A stretch of 64,000 nucleotides of DNA, taken from positions 3,232,001 through 3,296,000 of the forward strand of contig OZ241362.1 of assembly GCA_965200315.1 (NCBI GenBank). The letters run 5' to 3'. Shown piece by piece: positions 36,639 through 44,918 of this stretch (positions are counted from its first letter, which is position 1; every line of letters begins with the position of its first letter). A program made the translations under genes and the position numbers. Origin of the DNA: Candidatus Latescibacterota bacterium. GTDB taxonomy: Bacteria > Latescibacterota > UBA2968 > UBA8231. The notes beneath the pieces are model-generated. The model was not told the origin of the DNA and did not search any database. It worked only from the letters and a program-made list of their open reading frames with translations.

Positions 36639-38078
36639 CTACGGGTGCAACCCCGTCGGCAAGGGGTGGTACTTCACCTCGACTTCTACATCTGTGACGC
36701 TCAGCGGACTCACCAAATCGTCCGGCCGCCCCACCAGCGCAATTTCCAAGCGGTTCGCCCCCTGCTGCGGCCGCACCTGCTGCAAGTCGAAAATCAGCCA
36801 CATGCCCTGATACGGGACGACCTTATAGCCGTACTCGCGGCGGCATATCTCGCCTTGCAGCGACTGGCCGTTGAGCGCGATCTCCAAGCGGTCGTCTGAG
36901 ACCAGATCGACGATTTTGATCCGCAAGAGCACCTGACTGACGCGGCCTTCTTGCGCGTCGTCGGCCAAGTAAAAGGGGATGGTATGCCGCGCTCGGTCAC
37001 TGGCCGCGATCTCGACCGGCAGCGCCACTGGGTACTGGTTGTCCTCATCCGCTGCCCGCCGCGCCAGCACGTAGTGCTTGTCCTTCTCCTGCATCAGATC
37101 TCGCCTGCCCAATTCGCTCAGCGCACTGCGCTCCTGGTCTCCTAAGGGCCAGGGCATAAACCACGCGTACAGCCCGTCACAGCCCCGGTCCAACAGACTC
37201 ACCGCCGCCGCCCGCAGTTGGGCCGGCGAGGGGCAAACCCGCTCGGCCCCAACCGACTCATCAGATACGTAGGGCTGCAAGGTGCCATAGACCGCTGCAT
37301 CGGCCGCGTGCGCCGCCTCGACCAGCCAATCTATCGGCATGTCCCCATCGAGGATCATATAGCCGTAGCGCATGGGTACTAGGAAATCCACCAACCCGCG
37401 CTCTAGCCAAGTCCGCACGTCCAAACCCTGCGCCCGGTTCATCTCCTCGGTAGGCAAAACACGCGCTCCGACCACGCCCGACCGCTGCTCGCGCACCCGC
37501 TCGGCGAGCTGCGCTACGTAGTCGGTCAAAATGGGCGTCGTCGCCTCCACATCCTCGGCCCGCAAAATGCGCGGTGCCCCGCCCGGCAGGGCAAAGTCCA
37601 GCTCAATGCCATCGGTTTCGTAGTCAGTCGTCAGTTCCTCAACGACTTGCAATATGTGCGCCCGCACCTCTGCATGCGCTAACCCGCCACCGCCATCGGC
37701 CAGCCTGTGGGCCGGGTCCATATTCCCGTAGGAGGCCATCCGCAAGCTGGCCCAGAAATCCATGCTATGGTCGTGTGCCCGGTCGATGAGCACCGTCAGC
37801 GGGTCGAGCCCGCGTGCGATCAGACTCTGCATGTTGTGCCAAGTGCGCCAATAGGCCGCTTGCTCAAAGGGCTGAATATCCGCTCCGAACATCATCCCCA
37901 CCCGCGACGGATAAAAAAGCCCATCGCCGCGCTCGACCCCGTAGGCAAACGTATCCACCCCCGTGCCTGCGACTTCGTCTATTGGCACCCAAGCGTCTTC
38001 GAGCACCATCGGCGGCTCAAAGGCAAAAAGGTAGTAGTGCCGGGCGTCGTTAAAGTAGATGGTGCGCTGCTGTCGCAC
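36639..38078 (-). CDS. Glycoside hydrolase-like TIM-barrel protein (GHL10/DUF187-like)
   Basis: YFNDA, ASLRM, DGIELDF; GGAGG RBS. Confidence 0.65.
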   Translation of the reverse strand: MRQQRTIYFNDARHYYLFAFEPPMVLEDAWVPIDEVAGTGVDTFAYGVERGDGLFYPSRVGMMFGADIQPFEQAAYWRTWHNMQSLIARGLDPLTVLIDRAHDHSMDFWASLRMASYGNMDPAHRLADGGGGLAHAEVRAHILQVVEELTTDYETDGIELDFALPGGAPRILRAEDVEATTPILTDYVAQLAERVREQRSGVVGARVLPTEEMNRAQGLDVRTWLERGLVDFLVPMRYGYMILDGDMPIDWLVEAAHAADAAVYGTLQPYVSDESVGAERVCPSPAQLRAAAVSLLDRGCDGLYAWFMPWPLGDQERSALSELGRRDLMQEKDKHYVLARRAADEDNQYPVALPVEIAASDRARHTIPFYLADDAQEGRVSQVLLRIKIVDLVSDDRLEIALNGQSLQGEICRREYGYKVVPYQGMWLIFDLQQVRPQQGANRLEIALVGRPDDLVSPLSVTDVEVEVKYHPLPTGLHP

Positions 38079-38118
38079 GGCGTGTCCTCCTCATTTTAGG
38101 TGCTGCGGTATACCAAGA

Positions 38119-38757
38119 CTACACGTTACCCGGCTGTTGGTGTCGTGTAGTTTGGGCGAAGGTGCGTTCCCATGCTTGTGCGGCCAATGGCACAGTATTA
38201 CTCCCAGGGGCATCGAGGGCAATCCGCTGCGACAAAGACTGGATACTGAGGTGGATTGCCCGGCGGCCTCGATTGTATAGAGCCTGAACCAACAGGGCGC
38301 ATAGCTTATACGCTACGTACAGTATCAGAATGGGAGCACCGGTTATAATGTGCCAAAATACCGATAGTATCATGCGTTTATAAATATCCTGCACGAACTC
38401 CCTGTATTCTTCGTTGTGCAAGACCGCCAATTGAGCGTCCAGATCATCAGAAAAAGGCCGTTCTTCTCGCGGGTATTTCTTTAATCCCCAATAGGCCGTC
38501 AACAATCCCCAAGTACTCACCCGATGACCGTGGCGCAATAACCCATTGAGGGTTTGACGCATCGTTACATACGAGGGAGTATCTAAGGGAATGCCCATAC
38601 TGTGGGTTTTTATGAAAAGCGAATCTCGCAACACAAATAGCTTGTGTCGCAGTAGGTCAACCCGAAATTTGCGGTATCCCCAAAAGTAGATTATCCATCC
38701 AACTAGTACATAAATCACCAGCCTGATACCGGCGATCGTTTCCATTTCGGTAATCAT
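38119..38757 (-). CDS. Hypothetical membrane protein (212 aa)
   Basis: Two or more hydrophobic segments; ATGA overlap with upstream gene; lower GC. Confidence 0.7.
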   Translation of the reverse strand: MITEMETIAGIRLVIYVLVGWIIYFWGYRKFRVDLLRHKLFVLRDSLFIKTHSMGIPLDTPSYVTMRQTLNGLLRHGHRVSTWGLLTAYWGLKKYPREERPFSDDLDAQLAVLHNEEYREFVQDIYKRMILSVFWHIITGAPILILYVAYKLCALLVQALYNRGRRAIHLSIQSLSQRIALDAPGSNTVPLAAQAWERTFAQTTRHQQPGNV

Positions 38758-39182
38758 GGCTTGTCCTCCGGGTGTGTGTCTCCTGTTGCCGTTAGATTAC
38801 TAGATGTGCGGTTGGGATCTATGTGCTCTTCAAGTTCCTTTATATGTGCTGACCTATGCTTTGTGTTCTTTTTTCGCAGCTTGCGCTCTCTTATAGCCCA
38901 AAGAGTTGTACCACCTGTGAGCAAGTATAAGACGCCCCTGTCAAGTTTCAAGTCGGTAATAGCTTTGAGGGCTATGTCTGTAGCGGTAGTTTTGCCGGCT
39001 AGGCTATCTACTATTAGATACAAGCAGTAGAAACATGCAACGATACCTCCCCAACATATCAGCCTATTAAAAATCCCCCAGATAATGTCCCATTTTTTTT
39101 CGTACTTGGCCCATTCAAGTCCGACATTAAGTTGCGACCTTTCTGAAGAGTCTTCACCCTTGCGACGACGGCTCTTCGCCAT
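38754..39182 (-). CDS. Hypothetical two-TM protein (142 aa)
   Basis: AGGAG RBS; two hydrophobic helices, C-terminal DPNRTSSNLT motif; lower GC. Confidence 0.75.
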   Translation of the reverse strand: MAKSRRRKGEDSSERSQLNVGLEWAKYEKKWDIIWGIFNRLICWGGIVACFYCLYLIVDSLAGKTTATDIALKAITDLKLDRGVLYLLTGGTTLWAIRERKLRKKNTKHRSAHIKELEEHIDPNRTSSNLTATGDTHPEDKP

Positions 39183-39239
39183 ATCTGCTCCTAACTAATA
39201 ATGTCATTAGTAAACATAATAATATTGTCAGGAAACAAC

Positions 39240-40121
39240 TCACTCCCCAACCAATCCTTCATGGGCGTAGTGCCAATCCTCCAAGTGATTGAGCAACACC
39301 CCTGAAGTCCACGTCGGGGGACGCTGCAAGGTAGCGTGGATTTCGGTCTGTTTGGCGGCGATGTGTTCGCGTTCAAGCAGGCGCTGGTTAAAGGCCGCCA
39401 CAGCCTCTTCCTCGATAGCACCTTCCCGCCGCACCCAAGCCTCGAATGCGAGATAGGTCGGCATCTCTTCGCGGAGAAACGCCAAGGCCGCGTCCTGATC
39501 CACCTGTAGGGTCTGCAAGCAGCGCTGGTCGAGGCTGCCCTCGGCGCAGTCGGGATAGTCGAGATGCAGCAGGTTCTTGCCGCGCAGGCAGGTCTTGAGC
39601 CAAGTACGGGGAAGCTGGCAGATGCCCAACGGGCCTCGGTCAATGCTGCTGAGAGTAGGGGCCACCGGCCCGGACAGACCCGGAGCACCGGGAGCGAAGA
39701 CGCGGCGGTGGAAAAGGTGCCAGTCCTGAAGGCAGTTGAGCAGCACGGCCGATACCTCGGTCGTCGCCTCCGGCGACCAGCCTATATCCCCATAGGTCTC
39801 GTCGACTTTGGCCGGGATATAGTGGGTGCGCTGCACCAGCGACTTGTTCCAGCGCGCGACGCGGGCGGACTCACAGGCACCTTCGGCGGTCACCCACTCC
39901 TCAAACTGTAGGTAACTAGGCCGCTGATCCCACAAAAAGCGCAGAGCGCGGTCTCGGTCGAGGCGCAGCACCTCCAGCACGTATTTGTCGAGACCGCCGC
40001 TGCAAAAGGGATAGTCTGCGTCGAGTTGACCGGCTTGGTGGAGGAGGTTTTTCCACCATAGACGCGGTAGCTGGGCCACGCCGAGCGGGCCTTGACAGAG
40101 AGTGCTGACCAATGGGATCAC
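39240..40121 (-). CDS. Tandem DUF5069-like domain protein
   Basis: Two repeats GPLG(V/I)xQLPRxWxK...DYPxC...LD...PxYLxFExWV...LLNxLxDWH. Confidence 0.7.
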   Translation of the reverse strand: MIPLVSTLCQGPLGVAQLPRLWWKNLLHQAGQLDADYPFCSGGLDKYVLEVLRLDRDRALRFLWDQRPSYLQFEEWVTAEGACESARVARWNKSLVQRTHYIPAKVDETYGDIGWSPEATTEVSAVLLNCLQDWHLFHRRVFAPGAPGLSGPVAPTLSSIDRGPLGICQLPRTWLKTCLRGKNLLHLDYPDCAEGSLDQRCLQTLQVDQDAALAFLREEMPTYLAFEAWVRREGAIEEEAVAAFNQRLLEREHIAAKQTEIHATLQRPPTWTSGVLLNHLEDWHYAHEGLVGE

Positions 40122-40133
40122 AATGTACTCCTT

Positions 40134-40988
40134 TCAGGTGGCCGCCAACTCAAACAGCGGTGCATTCCCCTCGGCACGAGCCCGCAAGCCCTCCACTTCA
40201 GCGGCCGTGAGCGGCGCGAGACGGTCGGCCATGTCCAAGGCCATTTCAAAGAGGGGGGCCTCACCGGGCGGCAGGGCGGCCGTGATGGGCTGCGATAGGG
40301 CGAAGCGCAGGGCTAGTTCGGCTAGTTCCGGCTCGTCAATGGGATCGTACCAGCATTTGGCGTAGCGTTTGGGTGCCCCTTGGGGTAGGCGCGAGCGGGC
40401 CATGGCTTTGAGGGCTAAGCAGGCGGTGCCGCGCTCTTGAGCCTTGGCCACGACTTGGGGGCCGAAATCGGCTTGGAAGTAATTGACCCAGTTGACGGGG
40501 AACAGCACCGAGTCAAAGGGGAAATAGTCCAGCAGTTGCAAGGCTACTTCAGCCGAGTGGGCTGAAAAACCTATGTAGCGCACCAAGCCTTGATCGCGGG
40601 CCTCCACAAACGCCGCCAGGGCTCCGTCGGGGGCAGTAGCCGCGGCAAAATCCTCATCCGTGGTCATGGCGTGTAACTGGTACAGATCGAAGTGGTCGGT
40701 GCGCATGGTTTTGAGCGATTGGCGCAACTCGGCGGCAGCTCCATCCCGCGTGCGTTGGGTCGTCTTGCAGGCCAAGAATACATCGCTGCGATAGGGTTTT
40801 AGGGCTGGTCCCAGACGCCCCTCGGCGTTGCCATAGCTCGGAGCCACGTCAAAGTAATTGACGCCCCGCTCAACGGCTCGCCCCACCAAGCGGTCGGCCT
40901 CGCCCGCTTCCACTTGGCTGACGACGATGCCGCCGAATCCGATTACAGAGAGGTGTTCGCTAGTGGCACCGTAGTGACGTCGCTGCAT
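40134..40988 (-). CDS. Aldo/keto reductase
   Basis: YFDVAPSYG, ACKT, TDHFDLYQLH, IGFSAH. Confidence 0.92.
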   Translation of the reverse strand: MQRRHYGATSEHLSVIGFGGIVVSQVEAGEADRLVGRAVERGVNYFDVAPSYGNAEGRLGPALKPYRSDVFLACKTTQRTRDGAAAELRQSLKTMRTDHFDLYQLHAMTTDEDFAAATAPDGALAAFVEARDQGLVRYIGFSAHSAEVALQLLDYFPFDSVLFPVNWVNYFQADFGPQVVAKAQERGTACLALKAMARSRLPQGAPKRYAKCWYDPIDEPELAELALRFALSQPITAALPPGEAPLFEMALDMADRLAPLTAAEVEGLRARAEGNAPLFELAAT

Positions 40989-41037
40989 GGATATTCTCCT
41001 ATTTTTCGGTGTAACAGATTTATAGTCGGGAGCTTAC

Positions 41038-41775
41038 TCAAACACCGTTTCGCCGCGCTTGTGTCCTAGATTTTGGCATTTGATCCCAAGTTTTATTGTC
41101 CAGCGTCCGGCCCGTCTTTTTCTTGAATACACCGCCCCACTGTTTAAAAAAGAACGGCACATCACTCCGCAGACAGAGGTCGCGGATGGATCGCACCCAG
41201 TCGGCTTCTATCGGTCGGGCACCCGGCCCAGATTCACCGCCGACGATAACCCAGTCAATTTCCGTCAAGTCCATATCATACAAAGGGCCGAGCAGAGGTT
41301 CGAGAGACAGAAACTTCGTCTTTGCCCCGGTTTCCTTGAGCCGTGCCATCCGTCCCAACCATCTTGAAGATTCAATACTTGTGCCAAGCCAGATATTCGG
41401 CGTCCAGTTCAGCCTTCCATCGAGCTGTGCAACGCGGGCCGGACGTTTGGTAAGCACTTGGAACGTATGCTGAGACGCCTCGTTCATGGTTGCAAATACT
41501 GATTCTATAAAGGCTGAGGGAACGGACTTATGAAACAGATCGGACATGGAATTGACGAATACTAGGCTAGGCTTCTTCCAGCTAATCGGCTCGCGCAGGG
41601 CTTCTGGGTGAACCGTAACCACAAATCCGTGTTTGTATTTTTTAGCCCCCATCGCTTGCAGCCGTTGCGACATCCTTTCGGCATAGCAATGCTCGCACCC
41701 ATGGCTGATCTTCGTGCAACCGGTCACCGGATTCCACGTAGTCTCGGTCCATTCGATTCTGGAGCGCGTGGACAT
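41038..41775 (-). CDS. DUF5131 (phage Gp37/Gp68-like) three-Cys-motif protein
   Basis: IEWTETTWNPVTGCTKISHGCEHCYAE (Cx6Cx2C), FVNSMSDLFH, LTKR, EPLLG, GGESG, FFFKQWG. Confidence 0.92.
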   Translation of the reverse strand: MSTRSRIEWTETTWNPVTGCTKISHGCEHCYAERMSQRLQAMGAKKYKHGFVVTVHPEALREPISWKKPSLVFVNSMSDLFHKSVPSAFIESVFATMNEASQHTFQVLTKRPARVAQLDGRLNWTPNIWLGTSIESSRWLGRMARLKETGAKTKFLSLEPLLGPLYDMDLTEIDWVIVGGESGPGARPIEADWVRSIRDLCLRSDVPFFFKQWGGVFKKKTGRTLDNKTWDQMPKSRTQARRNGV

Positions 41776-41777
41776 AT

Positions 41778-42620
41778 TTACAAGTTCTTTAGGATATGCT
41801 CCGCTATACGTCTTGCGGGGCCGATTCCCTTCGGATTCCCAACGCAGAACAAAAATTCAAACAACGCTGAATTCTTTGAATTCTTTAGCGTTCGGGATTT
41901 CTTGAGAAACCTGTCATCGAACAATTGGGTCAGTTTGTTCTTGTATATTTCAATAAGTCCATCGATACCTTCTGAACGCTGCTGTTCTTCATCTCCAAAT
42001 AAGCTGAATTGAGGACTAATGCTGTACAGGTCTCTCCAACTTTCATCGCCGTAGATGAGATTCAAACGGTTGACCCACTTTGCAGAGATGCTATCTGGCT
42101 CTCTCTCCAGAGGCAACATCCGTGCGATTGCCAATGTGGGAAAAAGTATCCAAGTATCCAAGGCTTTGAATGAGGCTATTTTTTCGATTGTCTCCCACTC
42201 TACCTCAGTGGCAAATGGATCGAGAAATAGAACCCCTCGATAGCGTCGCCAATCTTTTTGCAAGTTCTGCAAAAAATCGTTGGCATCCTCGTTTTTTATT
42301 TGAATGTTTTTATTTTGATTGGCTTCTTTTAATGAGTTCAGTTGTATACAACGGTCTTGGTCCTTCTCGACAAAGATGCATTCGTCAAATGGCTTATCAT
42401 CGACATCCACGGCTATTTTTGCAGAGCCTTCTATAAATTCTTTTCTATCCTCGTCAACCGAAGTTAATTCTACTTCCCCTGTACCCGCAAAAGCATCAAT
42501 GTAAATAAGACGGAATGGCTGATTTTTCAGTACTGTGGTATAGGCATCTAGATATTTTTTAAGAATGGCTAATTTCTCTTCTGTCCATGGTCCTCCAAAG
42601 CTCGTATTGGCACTTTTCAT
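41778..42620 (-). CDS. tcmP: Three-Cys-motif partner protein (methyltransferase-like)
   Basis: GPWTEEKL..L.KYL, YIDAFAGTG, GSA, FLDPF; 2 bp from the DUF5131 gene; low GC. Confidence 0.85.
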   Translation of the reverse strand: MKSANTSFGGPWTEEKLAILKKYLDAYTTVLKNQPFRLIYIDAFAGTGEVELTSVDEDRKEFIEGSAKIAVDVDDKPFDECIFVEKDQDRCIQLNSLKEANQNKNIQIKNEDANDFLQNLQKDWRRYRGVLFLDPFATEVEWETIEKIASFKALDTWILFPTLAIARMLPLEREPDSISAKWVNRLNLIYGDESWRDLYSISPQFSLFGDEEQQRSEGIDGLIEIYKNKLTQLFDDRFLKKSRTLKNSKNSALFEFLFCVGNPKGIGPARRIAEHILKNL

Positions 42621-42869
42621 AGGTTTTCTATCCCCACAATTTTCAGGTTCTCAGTTCCATAGTCATTCACGCCTTGACATCTGCTCGTCTGTACTTGCAA
42701 GCCCCGCTTTTAGCATGGTAGATTCCATGCCCTCTTTGGAGAATCAAATGTCAATTGAACCGAGTCAACCCTATTTTCTGAATAGGACTCCGCTATGCCA
42801 ACGGTAAGACTTGAGCTAGGCGTTTACGCCGTCGGCAGTGCCGAGTAACGCGCAAAAGTCACCGAGTTT

Positions 42870-44822
42870 TCAGGCCGCCGCCGCATCTGATCCCAAAATC
42901 TCGGCGTTGACATAAGCACGAAAAGCTTCCGCCTCCGTGAAGCACCGATATCCGGCTGAGCTGGCCATTGACAGTATTTCAGCCGGTTCGTTCAGCAGAA
43001 CCGCCACCGGAACGCTCAGCCCAGGTTGAAGACCGTCAGGCCAAGCGAGATCGAGCACAGCGAGTTGGGTGCCAGTGGTTTCATCGGACAAATCGAAACT
43101 GATCTGGCCTCGTGGTAGCCCTTCCCTTTCTATCCAGTCGTTGATGGCCTCAAGCTCTCTTTCTTCCGCTTCAGTGGCGATGTCGCCAAGCGGCACTTCG
43201 GTGGCGGCAACAGTGTCAGCCATAGTTGTCTCCGATGGAATATCTAGCCACTCAGTATTGTCGTGCAGAAGTTGCTCGAAGTGACGGTTTGCTTCTCTGG
43301 CCAAAAGCTCTCTTCGCACCGCAAGGAAATCGGAATAATTGTCGATTTTCCAGAGGTTTTGGTCGTCGGGAATCCACTGCGATGCCAATGCGCCCGGATG
43401 CCGTTCCTCGATCTCAGCGAAATACTCTTCGGGCAGGCGGTCGCTAATGGAGAGATTCGTGCCTTTCGTCAGAAAGCAGTAGTTGGCCAGTGCGTTGACC
43501 TGCGGTTTCCCGTGCCCACACTTGTACAGCCGGGCTTTGGGAAAGATGTGATGTACTTCAAGCCTATTCATCCTGCCGAGAAGATTCGTACGCAATGGGA
43601 GCCCATTGCCCCAGTCCAGAGACTCGCCCATACGAGTCAGCATGTAGAGCACAGGATAAAACCGCGCTCCGCGGCCCCAAGAATCGAAGTGCCCAGGCTC
43701 GATACGAAGCCCGCCATGCGATAACTGTAGTTCCCTCAACAGCGCGTCGAGGTTGCCCTTAGACTCTTCAAGTGCCGCCAGATCCCGGTCTATAACAGTC
43801 TCCGTCGATCCAGAGAAACGACCCCACATCCCCGCCTGAGCAAACCAGAACAACAGTTTGTCGCGCTCGTTATCGCTGAGTGTTCCGCATTTCTGGTCCA
43901 AGTAGCGCACCATGACCGGTACAGCGAAGCGACCAAAAAGGACCCGATCGTGATCGAGTCCAAGCCGCCCAGCAATCATATTCAAGCATTCATCGATAAA
44001 TTTGTTGGCGCGTTGCAGGCCGTCTTGGATGTCTAGCGAGTCTCGATCATGCAGATAACTGAACTGCGCTTCTCCGGTGAGTACCGTGTTGACCGAACGC
44101 AGCAGCCAGTCGAGCGTGAACTCGTACCCGACTTCCTCCCAATCCCTCAGTTTGGCCTTCATAGTGTCGCGGGCGTCGGGCCATTCGGCACAAATTTTGG
44201 CGAGAGCCAGATCGCCCTTGGACAGTTTGGTCCCGCCGCTATTAACGCGATTGAAGATGTCCACGACGACATCCAAGGTTTTGTCCGTGCCAGTGACCTC
44301 GTCAATATGCAGATCAATCTCGTCAATACCGAGGAGCCTGGTTAGGCGACCGATGTAGGCACTCATTTTTTTTGCATCTTCGGGGATGAATCCAACAAGG
44401 CCGTCGTTACCCTCCTGCATTAGATTGGTCACGTCCACCCATAGTGGATCGGCCTTCATCTTCACTGGCTGGTAGAACTCGAAGATTTCTTCCTCCAAGT
44501 GAAACCGAAGTCCGGTAAATTTTGAATCATTGCCGTCAAAGAACTTCGGTGGATGACCACGCATCACGCCGTACAACGAGGTCACGCGCTGCTGGCCGTC
44601 AAGCAATAGCTTCACGATTCCAGCCGCTAGCGAACCTTCGCCCCGATGCGCCGCCCCCTTCGCTTCGGTTGCCCAGACCAGCAGACCGCCAACCGGATGT
44701 CGCCGGTAGAGCGAGTGAAAGAGTCCGCGCACCTGCTCACGGCTCCAGACATAGCCGCGCTGAAATTCGGGCAAGGCGATATGACCGGAGTCGATGTGGT
44801 CGAGAATAGTCGAGATTTTCAT
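42870..44822 (-). CDS. GmrSD-like protein: DUF262 + HNH + extra C-terminal domain
   Basis: LPEFQRGYVW, LLDGQQR, FNRVNSGGTKL; HHIFPK...N.LAN...TN; C-terminal LDLAWP. Confidence 0.88.
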   Translation of the reverse strand: MKISTILDHIDSGHIALPEFQRGYVWSREQVRGLFHSLYRRHPVGGLLVWATEAKGAAHRGEGSLAAGIVKLLLDGQQRVTSLYGVMRGHPPKFFDGNDSKFTGLRFHLEEEIFEFYQPVKMKADPLWVDVTNLMQEGNDGLVGFIPEDAKKMSAYIGRLTRLLGIDEIDLHIDEVTGTDKTLDVVVDIFNRVNSGGTKLSKGDLALAKICAEWPDARDTMKAKLRDWEEVGYEFTLDWLLRSVNTVLTGEAQFSYLHDRDSLDIQDGLQRANKFIDECLNMIAGRLGLDHDRVLFGRFAVPVMVRYLDQKCGTLSDNERDKLLFWFAQAGMWGRFSGSTETVIDRDLAALEESKGNLDALLRELQLSHGGLRIEPGHFDSWGRGARFYPVLYMLTRMGESLDWGNGLPLRTNLLGRMNRLEVHHIFPKARLYKCGHGKPQVNALANYCFLTKGTNLSISDRLPEEYFAEIEERHPGALASQWIPDDQNLWKIDNYSDFLAVRRELLAREANRHFEQLLHDNTEWLDIPSETTMADTVAATEVPLGDIATEAEERELEAINDWIEREGLPRGQISFDLSDETTGTQLAVLDLAWPDGLQPGLSVPVAVLLNEPAEILSMASSAGYRCFTEAEAFRAYVNAEILGSDAAAA

Positions 44823-44918
44823 GTCAGCTCCTCAAATTATTCATGATGACGGTGGACCTCTCTCGGTTGAAGCGCTCGATTACGCGGCGAGGTTTTATAG
44901 GCAATGAACACGGCCCCG

